Source of the DNA: an uncultured Faecalimonas sp.
GTDB taxonomy: Bacteria > Bacillota > Clostridia > Lachnospirales > Lachnospiraceae
Reading direction: 5' to 3'
Length of the DNA: 64,000 nucleotides
Assembly (NCBI GenBank): GCA_964540565.1
Contig: CAZINB010000004.1
Coordinates: 862 to 64,861, forward strand
Shown here: positions 50,730-59,832 of the stretch, piece by piece
Numbering within the stretch: position 1 is the first letter of the stretch
Layout: each line of letters starts with the position of its first letter
Made by a program: the position numbers and the translations under genes
The notes under the pieces: generated by a model
The model's database searches: none
The model's input: only the letters and a program-made list of their open reading frames with translations
What the model was told of the DNA's origin: nothing

Positions 50730-52139
50730 ATGGAAATCACAAAAAAACCAATTAAAATTACGGAAACAATTTTACGTGATGCTCACCAATCTTTGATTGC
50801 GACTAGAATGACAACAGAACAAATGGTTCCAATCATTGAAAAAATGGATAAAGTTGGTTACCACTCAGTAGAATGCTGGGGTGGTGCAACATTTGATGCA
50901 TCTCTTCGTTTCTTAAAAGAAGATCCATGGGAAAGACTTCGTAAATTCCGCGATGGATTCAAAAATACAAAATTACAAATGTTATTCCGTGGACAAAATA
51001 TCTTAGGATACCGTCCATACGCAGATGATGTAGTAGAATACTTTGTAAAAAAATCAGTAGCAAATGGAATTGATATCATTCGTATTTTCGATTGCTTAAA
51101 TGATATGCGTAACCTTCAAACAGCTGTAAAAGCTGCTGTTGCAGAAAAAGCAGATGCTCAAGTAGCACTTTCTTATACATTAGGTGATGCTTATACATTA
51201 GAATACTGGATGAACATTGCAAAACAAATCGAAGATATGGGAGCTACATCTATCTGTATCAAAGATATGGCTGGTTTATTAGTTCCTTACAAAGCAACAG
51301 AATTAGTAGAAGCAATGAAAGATGCTACAAATCTTCCAATTCAACTTCATACACACTATACATCAGGGGTTGCATCTATGACATATTTAAAAGCTGTAGA
51401 AGCAGGTGTTGATGTAATTGATACAGCAATGTCTCCATTTGCTATGGGTACATCTCAACCAGCAACAGAAGTTATGGTTGAAACATTTAAAGGAACTCCA
51501 TATGATACAGGATTTGATCAAAATCTTCTTGCTGAAATCGCAGATTACTTTAGACCAATCCGTGATGAAGCTTTAGCATCAGGCTTATTAAATCCAAAGA
51601 ATATGGGTGTTGATATTAAAACATTATTATATCAAGTACCAGGTGGTATGTTATCAAACTTAACATCTCAATTAAAAGAACAAGGTGCAGAAGATAAATT
51701 CTATGACGTATTAGCTGAAATTCCAAAAGTACGTAAAGACCTTGGAGAACCACCTCTAGTAACACCATCTTCACAAATCGTTGGTACACAAGCTGTATTT
51801 AACGTATTAATGGGAGAACGTTACAAAATGGCTACTAAAGAAACAAAAGATGTTTTAAGTGGAAAATATGGTGCAACTGTAAAACCATTTGATAAAGAAG
51901 TACAAAAGAAATGTATCGGTGATGCAGAAGTAATTACTTGCCGTCCAGCAGATTTAATTCCTGATGAATTAGATACATTAAGAGGGGAAATGGCACAATG
52001 GTCTAAACAAGACGAAGACGTATTATCATATGCATTATTCCCACAAGTAGCTACTGAATTCTTCAAATATAGAGAAGCTCAAGAAACAAAAGTGGATCAA
52101 ACAGTAGCAGATACAGAAAATGGAAGCTATCCAGTATAA
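50730..52139 (+). CDS. Oxaloacetate decarboxylase alpha / transcarboxylase 5S-type carboxyltransferase, without a biotinyl domain
   Basis: HMGL-like TIM barrel (ITETILRDAHQSL, ECWGGATFD, ICIKDMAGL, LHTHYTSG). The ORF ends without an AMKM biotinylation motif. Start trimmed to ATG 50730, which has GGAGGA upstream. Confidence 0.85.
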   Translation: MEITKKPIKITETILRDAHQSLIATRMTTEQMVPIIEKMDKVGYHSVECWGGATFDASLRFLKEDPWERLRKFRDGFKNTKLQMLFRGQNILGYRPYADDVVEYFVKKSVANGIDIIRIFDCLNDMRNLQTAVKAAVAEKADAQVALSYTLGDAYTLEYWMNIAKQIEDMGATSICIKDMAGLLVPYKATELVEAMKDATNLPIQLHTHYTSGVASMTYLKAVEAGVDVIDTAMSPFAMGTSQPATEVMVETFKGTPYDTGFDQNLLAEIADYFRPIRDEALASGLLNPKNMGVDIKTLLYQVPGGMLSNLTSQLKEQGAEDKFYDVLAEIPKVRKDLGEPPLVTPSSQIVGTQAVFNVLMGERYKMATKETKDVLSGKYGATVKPFDKEVQKKCIGDAEVITCRPADLIPDELDTLRGEMAQWSKQDEDVLSYALFPQVATEFFKYREAQETKVDQTVADTENGSYPV

Positions 52140-52171
52140 AAATAGCAAGTAGCAAACAGGAGGAGACTACA

Positions 52172-53260
52172 ATGGATACAAATAAATTGGGTCGTATTTT
52201 AAAAGAGATGGAAGCGCAAGGAATGCCACAAATGATCATTACTGATCCTCCATCAATCTATTATTTAACAGGAAAATGGATTCATCCAGGTGAAAGAATG
52301 CTTGCATTATACTTGAACGTGAATGGAGATCATAAAATTATTATCAATAAACTTTTCCCACAAGAAAAAGATCTTGGTGTAGAAATCGTTTGGTATGATG
52401 ATGTGGAAGATGCGGTAGAAATCTTAAGTAGATATGTAGAAAAAGATAAACCTATCGGAATCGATAAAGTATGGTCAGCACGTTTCTTATTAAGACTTCA
52501 AGAACTTGGTGCAGGAAGCAAATTCTTAAATGGTTCTTTGATCGTTGATGGTGTAAGACAAATCAAAGACGAAAAAGAACAACAATTAATGAGAGAAGCT
52601 GGAGCAGCAAATGATAAAATCGTAGAAAGATTGATTCCATATGTAGTAAAAGGCTACACAGAATTAGAAATGGAAAAGATCTGTCGCGATATGTATGCTG
52701 AAACAGGACATTCAGATGTATCCTTTACTCCAATTATCGGATATGGAAAATCTGGTGCTGATCCACATCATGCAAATGCAAATATCAAAGGTCAAGTGGG
52801 AGACAGCGTTATCATTGATATCGGCGGTATCTTAAATGATTATTGTTCAGATTTAACTAGAACAGTATTCATTGGAGAAGTATCAGATAGAGCACGTGAA
52901 GTATATGAAGTTGTAAAAGAAGCACAATTACGTGGTATTGCTGCTGCAAAACCTGGAAACAGAATGTGTGATGTAGATAAAGCTTGTAGAGATTACATTA
53001 CAGAAAAAGGTTTTGGAGAATACTTTACACATAGAACAGGACATTCTATTGGTATGGAAGATCATGAATATGGTGATGTATCTTCAGCAAATACAGCAAT
53101 CATCAAACCAGGTCAATGTTTCTCAATTGAACCAGGTATCTACTTGATGGATGAAGGTATTGGTGTTCGTATCGAAGATATCGTTCTTATTACAGAAGAT
53201 GGATGTGAAACACTTAATAACTATACAAAAGATTTAATTGTTGTTCCTGTAGAAGAATAA
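52172..53260 (+). CDS. M24-family Xaa-Pro aminopeptidase/dipeptidase
   Basis: Pita-bread fold metal ligands (DIGG...YCSDLTRT, HRTGHSIGMEDHE, SIEPGIY, GVRIED). Confidence 0.9.
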   Translation: MDTNKLGRILKEMEAQGMPQMIITDPPSIYYLTGKWIHPGERMLALYLNVNGDHKIIINKLFPQEKDLGVEIVWYDDVEDAVEILSRYVEKDKPIGIDKVWSARFLLRLQELGAGSKFLNGSLIVDGVRQIKDEKEQQLMREAGAANDKIVERLIPYVVKGYTELEMEKICRDMYAETGHSDVSFTPIIGYGKSGADPHHANANIKGQVGDSVIIDIGGILNDYCSDLTRTVFIGEVSDRAREVYEVVKEAQLRGIAAAKPGNRMCDVDKACRDYITEKGFGEYFTHRTGHSIGMEDHEYGDVSSANTAIIKPGQCFSIEPGIYLMDEGIGVRIEDIVLITEDGCETLNNYTKDLIVVPVEE

Positions 53261-53283
53261 TAAAAATATCCTTTAGAAATGAT

Positions 53284-53320
53284 AAATAGGGTGGGATTCT
53301 TGTGAAATCCCACCCTATTT
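53284..53320. terminator. Bidirectional terminator between the M24 peptidase gene and the repeat-peptide gene
   Basis: AAATAGGGTGGGATT-CTTGTG-AAATCCCACCCTATTT, a perfect 15-bp stem. Confidence 0.85.
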
Positions 53321-53355
53321 ATGTTGTTCTTGATTTACTCAATGTTACAGCTCTG

Positions 53356-53547
53356 TTATTCTCCTAAGCAGTTCATGTCGTTCAAACTGCAAGAAGAGTC
53401 GTCGTCTTCTGAGAGGCAATTCATATCATTGAGGCCACATGTGATATCATCATCGTCGGCGATGCAATTCATATCGTTGAGTCCACATGTAACTTCATCG
53501 TCATCAGTTACTCCGTTCATGTTAGTAATACCTAAATTTTTGTCCAT
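53356..53547 (-). CDS. Orphan 63-aa acidic, Cys-rich tandem-repeat peptide (unknown family)
   Basis: ATG 53547 has GGAGGAGG 6 nt upstream; stop TAA. Translation: MDKNLGITNMNG VTDDDEVTCGLNDMNC IADDDDITCGLNDMNC LSEDDDSSCSLNDMNC LGE. Synonymous divergence between the repeat copies supports translation in this frame. Confidence 0.7.
   Translation of the reverse strand: MDKNLGITNMNGVTDDDEVTCGLNDMNCIADDDDITCGLNDMNCLSEDDDSSCSLNDMNCLGE
53368..53511 (-). repeat. 3 x 48-nt tandem coding repeat
   Basis: Units at 53368-53415, 53416-53463 and 53464-53511, each encoding [acidic run]-x-(T/S)-C-(G/S)-LNDMNC. Confidence 0.9.
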
Positions 53548-53583
53548 AAAAAACCTCCTCCATGAGTTCGTACATTTTCTTAT

Positions 53584-53613
53584 ATTATATCTCATAGTTG
53601 AATAAAATAACAA
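53584..53613 (-). promoter_or_regulatory. Candidate sigma-A-type promoter for the repeat peptide
   Basis: On the minus strand: TTGTTA-18 nt-TATAAT, about 35 nt upstream of the ATG. Confidence 0.4.
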
Positions 53614-53643
53614 GTATCTGAAAGAAAAAAGTAAAAGAATTAG

Positions 53644-53672
53644 TTGATGTAAAATAAAGAGAAGATTATAAT
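53644..53672 (+). promoter_or_regulatory. Candidate sigma-A-type promoter for ahpC
   Basis: TTGATG-17 nt-TATAAT, about 30 nt upstream of the ahpC ATG. Confidence 0.5.
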
Positions 53673-53701
53673 AAAATCAGAAAATAATAGGAGGTATCCA
53701 A

Positions 53702-54268
53702 ATGGAAAGTTTAATCAATCAAGAGATAACAGAATTTAAGGTACAAGCGTATAGACAAAAGGAATTTTTGGAAGTAAGTAAGGAAGATGTGTTAGGACAT
53801 TGGTCAGTATTTTTCTTTTATCCAGCGGACTTTACATTTGTTTGTCCAACAGAATTGGGAGATTTGCAAGATTTTTATGAAGAATTTCAAGAACTAGGAT
53901 GTGAAGTTTATTCTGTATCCATGGATTCCCATTTTGTTCATAAAGCATGGGCTGATGCGTCAGAAACGATTTCTAAGATTGAATATACGATGTTGGCAGA
54001 TCCTACAGGAAAACTTTCGGACTTTTTTGGAGTTCATGTGAAAGAATTAGGACAAGCACTTCGTGGAACATTTATTTTAAATCCAGAAGGAAAAATCAAA
54101 GCATACGAAATTCATGATATGGGAATTGGAAGAAATGCAGAAGAATTGCTTCGTAAAGTACAAGCGGCGCAATTCGTAGAAGAGCATGGTGATCAAGTAT
54201 GTCCTGCAAAATGGAAACCTGGAGAAGAAACATTGATGCCGAGTTTAGATTTAGTTGGAATGCTATAG
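53702..54268 (+). CDS. ahpC: Typical 2-Cys peroxiredoxin (alkyl hydroperoxide reductase C)
   Basis: Peroxidatic Cys motif DFTFVCPTE and resolving Cys in VCPAKW; 188 aa. Confidence 0.95.
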   Translation: MESLINQEITEFKVQAYRQKEFLEVSKEDVLGHWSVFFFYPADFTFVCPTELGDLQDFYEEFQELGCEVYSVSMDSHFVHKAWADASETISKIEYTMLADPTGKLSDFFGVHVKELGQALRGTFILNPEGKIKAYEIHDMGIGRNAEELLRKVQAAQFVEEHGDQVCPAKWKPGEETLMPSLDLVGML

Positions 54269-54278
54269 AGGGAAAAAT

Positions 54279-54941
54279 ATGAGTTTGTTAGAAAAGATAC
54301 CATCAGAAAGTGCGTTGATTACTGCTGAACTTCAACAACAGATTACAACTATTTTTTCAAAATTAGATAAGAAAGTTCGGTTAGTGGCAATTTTGGACGA
54401 AACAGAAGAAAAGTCAATGGAACTGGGAAGTTTTTTGAAAGTGATTTCGAGCTGCAGTGATCAATTAGAATTAGAATTATATACAAAAGGAGAATGTCCA
54501 GATAAGGAAACGGAATTGCATGCACAACATTTACCTGTGGTTGGAATTTATGGAGATACCTATACAGGAGCGGCGTTCCATGGAGTTCCTGGTGGGAAAG
54601 AAATAAATTCTTTTATTGCAGCAATTGGAAACTATGGTGGTGCAGGGCAACCATTGGATAAGCGATTGAAAAAGAATATAGAAAAAATTCAAAAGCCAAT
54701 GAATTTGAAAATATTTGTATCGCTTGCTTGCCATCATTGTCCACTCGTAGTGGCAGCTTGCCAGAAAATAGCAATTGCAAATCCGTTTGTAACAGCAGAA
54801 ATGTATGATGCAAAATTGTATGAGGATATTGTACAAAAGTATAAAGTGGAAAGAGTTCCGATGGTGGTAGTGAATGAAGAGCAGGTAATCATGGGACAGA
54901 AATCCATAGAAGAAATGGTAAATCGACTTATGAATATGTAA
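54279..54941 (+). CDS. Stand-alone AhpF N-terminal-domain-like thioredoxin-fold protein
   Basis: 220 aa collinear with the AhpF double-Trx-fold N-terminal domain. Redox motif CHHC (SLACHHCP) and a VPMVVVN cis-Pro-type region. No FAD/NAD(P)H module follows. Start trimmed to ATG 54279. Confidence 0.7.
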   Translation: MSLLEKIPSESALITAELQQQITTIFSKLDKKVRLVAILDETEEKSMELGSFLKVISSCSDQLELELYTKGECPDKETELHAQHLPVVGIYGDTYTGAAFHGVPGGKEINSFIAAIGNYGGAGQPLDKRLKKNIEKIQKPMNLKIFVSLACHHCPLVVAACQKIAIANPFVTAEMYDAKLYEDIVQKYKVERVPMVVVNEEQVIMGQKSIEEMVNRLMNM

Positions 54942-54944
54942 AAA

Positions 54945-54985
54945 GAAGACATGCTATGAAGTGAAGTTTATAGCATGTCTTTTGT
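54945..54985 (+). terminator. Rho-independent terminator
   Basis: AAGACATGCTAT...ATAGCATGTCTT followed by TTGTG. Confidence 0.75.
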
Positions 54986-55127
54986 GCAAAATAGACAAAA
55001 AAGAGAGCGGAAAATAGTAAATAATATGCAAAAATTAATTTTTAAAGAAAAAAGGGACAGGAGTCCTATCTGAATTTTTTGAATTATGTGATAATTTAAA
55101 TACATTATTCAGACGGGAGGAATATAT

Positions 55128-57284
55128 ATGAAAAAGTTTATTGAAAAAAGCAAATGCTTAAGAAAAACTTTGTTAGCTTATCTGCTTAGCGTATCGTTAA
55201 TCTTTTCATTAGGAATGACAGCGATGGCAGAAGAAGCTGGTAGTTCAGAAAGAGACTATACAGGATGGGACACATTAAAAGTGTTCGAAACAACAGACGT
55301 ACATGGTTACATTACAGATGTTTCAACTTATAAAGAAGAAACTTTCCAATACAGACTTGCTTATATTGCAAATATTGTAAATAAAGCACGTGCTGAAATG
55401 GGAGAAGAGAATGTAATTCTTCTTGATAGCGGTGACATTTATCAAAGTACACCTCATTCAAATCTTACATATGGTAATTATATGCGTGCAGCATTTGATG
55501 TAATGGGGTATGATGCATTAGGTCTTGGAAATCATGAATTTGACTGGGATGTAACAAAATATGCAGCTGATGCAGATGGTACAATGTCAAGTTATGAAAC
55601 AACAAAGACAGGAGAAGTTGATCCTACAATTCCTGTAGTAATGGCAAATTTATATTATGCAGGAACATCAGATAGAGTAAACTTTACAAAAGATTATGTA
55701 GTTGTTCAAAAAGGTGATTATAAAGTGGCAATTGTTGGATGGACAGACGAATATACAGCTGACATCAAAGCTTCACAAATTGAACCATATGATATTGATG
55801 ACAACGTAGAACATTTGAACGCATTGGTGGAAACTGTTGAAGAAACAGAAACTCCAGATATTATGATCGTTCTTACACATGGTGCTCCAGATACACTTGC
55901 AGCACAAGTAGATGCAGATCTTGTAGATTTAGTTTGTGGTGGACATACTCATTTAAGAACATGTGGAACAGCGTCAAATGGAGTTGACTATATTCAAGGA
56001 AACTGCAAAGCACAAGGATATGCAACAGCAGAAATTAAAATCAATCCAGAAACAAAAGAAGTTGATGTAATTTCTCCAAAATATACATGGATTACATCTA
56101 CAACGGATAATTCTCATCTTTACTACAAAGATGGTACAAATGCAGAACTTGATGGAGAAATTGTAGAAATCAGTCAAGAAGCATGGGATGCTGTAAAAGA
56201 TAACATGTATGAAGTGCTTGCAACAGTAGATGAAGATATTACAAAAGAAGTATTGGACGGCGGTATTGTAATTAGTTCAGCTGGAAAATGGCTTACAGGT
56301 CTTATGATGGATGCTACAAAAGAATACAACACAGTTGCAGCATTTGCAAATAGTGGAGGTATCCGTACAAGCTTAATAAAAGAAGCAGGTGCAGAAACAA
56401 GAGATATTACAATAGCAGACGTTTATACAATCAGTCCATTTGGTAACCGAATCTTAACATATGCTATTACAGGACAACAAATGGCACAACAAATCGAAAA
56501 TACAATTCGATTTGAAACTGAAACATCAAATGCAACTGTTTACAATTATACAAACTTCGGAGATCAATTCTCTGGAATTTCTGTTACATTTGAAAGGGTG
56601 GGAACTGGAATCAAAGTATTATCAATTGTTACAGATGATGGACAAGTTATTGATGTGAATGATAATACAAAAACATACAATGTAGCTGTAAATGAATATT
56701 GTGCAACACTTACATATGATGGAATTGATTCTGTATTCAAAAATCTAACACCATTAGCAGCAATGGATGAAGCTCCAGTTGATAATGAAAGTGCAATTGC
56801 AGCATTGAGAGAACGTAGAGAAGCAGAAGGTCTTGAAATGAAATTAGACACAACTGCTTGCTTGAAAGTAGATACTGGTGAAGCAGCAGCTTCTACTCAA
56901 ATGTCACAACTTTTAGAAACAGCAGAACAATTTAATGCAAATAATGTAACTGCAGCAAATAAAGCAGAATTACAACAACTTGTAAATGACATGAAAGCTT
57001 TAATCGATGGTGGTAAACTTACAGATGCACAAGTAGTAGTAATGGAAAAACAAATTGCAGATATGGAAACATTAATTGGAAGATTAAATACAACAGATGA
57101 TAACAAAACAGACAATAAAGTAGATCAAAATACAGGCAATAACAAAGCTGATAAAAATGAATCTACAAATGCAGTGAAAACAGGTGATGCAGCGAATGTA
57201 ATGCCTTGGATTGCTGTTATGGGAATCTGTGGAGCGGTTGTAGTTATGAATGCAGAAAGAGCAAAACGCAAAGAAAATAATTAG
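55128..57284 (+). CDS. Secreted, cell-wall-sorted bifunctional metallophosphatase / 5'-nucleotidase
   Basis: Signal peptide; metallophosphatase motifs (TTDVHGY, SGDIYQ, GNHEFDWD, THGAP, GGHTH); 5'-nucleotidase C-domain. The C-terminus is AVKTGD plus a hydrophobic stretch plus RAKRKENN. Confidence 0.85.
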   Translation: MKKFIEKSKCLRKTLLAYLLSVSLIFSLGMTAMAEEAGSSERDYTGWDTLKVFETTDVHGYITDVSTYKEETFQYRLAYIANIVNKARAEMGEENVILLDSGDIYQSTPHSNLTYGNYMRAAFDVMGYDALGLGNHEFDWDVTKYAADADGTMSSYETTKTGEVDPTIPVVMANLYYAGTSDRVNFTKDYVVVQKGDYKVAIVGWTDEYTADIKASQIEPYDIDDNVEHLNALVETVEETETPDIMIVLTHGAPDTLAAQVDADLVDLVCGGHTHLRTCGTASNGVDYIQGNCKAQGYATAEIKINPETKEVDVISPKYTWITSTTDNSHLYYKDGTNAELDGEIVEISQEAWDAVKDNMYEVLATVDEDITKEVLDGGIVISSAGKWLTGLMMDATKEYNTVAAFANSGGIRTSLIKEAGAETRDITIADVYTISPFGNRILTYAITGQQMAQQIENTIRFETETSNATVYNYTNFGDQFSGISVTFERVGTGIKVLSIVTDDGQVIDVNDNTKTYNVAVNEYCATLTYDGIDSVFKNLTPLAAMDEAPVDNESAIAALRERREAEGLEMKLDTTACLKVDTGEAAASTQMSQLLETAEQFNANNVTAANKAELQQLVNDMKALIDGGKLTDAQVVVMEKQIADMETLIGRLNTTDDNKTDNKVDQNTGNNKADKNESTNAVKTGDAANVMPWIAVMGICGAVVVMNAERAKRKENN

Positions 57285-57295
57285 TGTTATATAGA

Positions 57296-57330
57296 AAGAA
57301 ATGGCCTTTTACGAGGTCATTTCTTTTTTG
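57296..57330 (+). terminator. Rho-independent terminator
   Basis: AAGAAATGGCC...GGTCATTTCTT (one mismatch) followed by TTTTG. Confidence 0.75.
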
Positions 57331-57414
57331 CTGTATACATATATTGCAATGTGCAAATTGTATAAAATTTAACAATTATTTCAAAAATATTAGATAATTT
57401 GCACAAAAAATATA

Positions 57415-58992
<1,578 letters not shown>

Positions 58993-59034
58993 AGAAATGA
59001 TTCAATGAATTGATTAGAAAAGGGGGAAACCTAT

Positions 59035-59748
59035 ATGTTACCATATTTGGCAGAATTTTTAGGAACTATGATGCTTATCATTCTTGGGGATGGTGTAGTT
59101 GCAAACGTTAACTTAAATAAATCAGGTATGAAAGGTGGCGGATCTGTTCAGATCACATTAGCTTGGGGACTTGCAGTTATGGTTCCTGCATGTATCTTCG
59201 GAAAAGCTTCAGGAGCTTCGTTCAACCCTGCTTTAACATTAGCGTTAGCACTTGATGGAAGTTTTTCATGGGCAATGGTGCCAGGTTATATTATCGCTCA
59301 ATTCGCAGGAGCTTTTGTAGGTGCAGTCATTGTTTACTTAATGTTTAAAGATCAATTTGATGCAACTCCAGATCCTGGATCAAAATTAGGTGTATTCTCT
59401 ACTGGTCCTTCTATTCCAAATCTTCCAAGAAATATTTTCTGTGAAGCTGTTGCTACTTTCGTATTAGTATTTGCTATCAAAGGTATGGCACAAATCGAAG
59501 GTATTGCAGGTGGTTTAGGAAACTTTGTAGTATTCGGAATTATCGTTTCAATTGGTATGTCTTTAGGTGGATTAACAGGTTATGCTTTAAATCCAGCACG
59601 TGATATCGGACCTCGTATCGCACATGCAGTTTTACCAATTCAAGGAAAAGGAAGTTCAAACTGGGGCTACGCAATCGTTCCACTTGTTGGACCAATCATT
59701 GGTGCAGTTGTAGCTGTATTATTATATGGAGCAATTCCTTGGGCATAG
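59035..59748 (+). CDS. glpF: Glycerol uptake facilitator (aquaglyceroporin)
   Basis: Two NPA boxes (SFNPALT; LNPARD); six TM segments. Confidence 0.95.
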   Translation: MLPYLAEFLGTMMLIILGDGVVANVNLNKSGMKGGGSVQITLAWGLAVMVPACIFGKASGASFNPALTLALALDGSFSWAMVPGYIIAQFAGAFVGAVIVYLMFKDQFDATPDPGSKLGVFSTGPSIPNLPRNIFCEAVATFVLVFAIKGMAQIEGIAGGLGNFVVFGIIVSIGMSLGGLTGYALNPARDIGPRIAHAVLPIQGKGSSNWGYAIVPLVGPIIGAVVAVLLYGAIPWA

Positions 59749-59768
59749 GATTAAGCAAATTATGAAGG

Positions 59769-59808
59769 TGAGTCGAGCTTGCGATACTAGTTATCTGGGC
59801 TCGACTCA
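59769..59808 (+). other. Intercistronic stem-loop between glpF and the G3P dehydrogenase-like genes
   Basis: TGAGTCGAGC-20 nt-GCTCGACTCA (perfect 10-bp, GC-rich stem); no T-run follows. Confidence 0.5.
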
Positions 59809-59832
59809 GCTACTTTAAGGGGGAACTAAAAA

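Noticed and set aside
53356-53547. Assignment of the six-Cys peptide to the SCIFF family or to a classical sactipeptide/ranthipeptide operon
   Set aside because: The sequence lacks the Gly/Cys-dense SCIFF core as I remember it, and no radical-SAM/SPASM maturase is adjacent or anywhere in the window. It is kept only as one hypothesis.
53321-53605. 94-aa + strand ORF (Ser-rich, repetitive) overlapping the Cys-repeat peptide gene
   Set aside because: It is the antisense shadow of the 48-nt repeats. Its ATG lies inside the terminator hairpin and has no Shine-Dalgarno sequence. The synonymous-substitution pattern between repeat copies fits the minus-strand frame. It cannot be fully excluded without expression data.
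53660-53680. Possible PerR box (ATTATAATAAAAT) in the ahpC upstream region
   Set aside because: It is only a partial half-site match to TTATAATnATTATAA and coincides with the -10 hexamer. It cannot be distinguished from plain promoter sequence.
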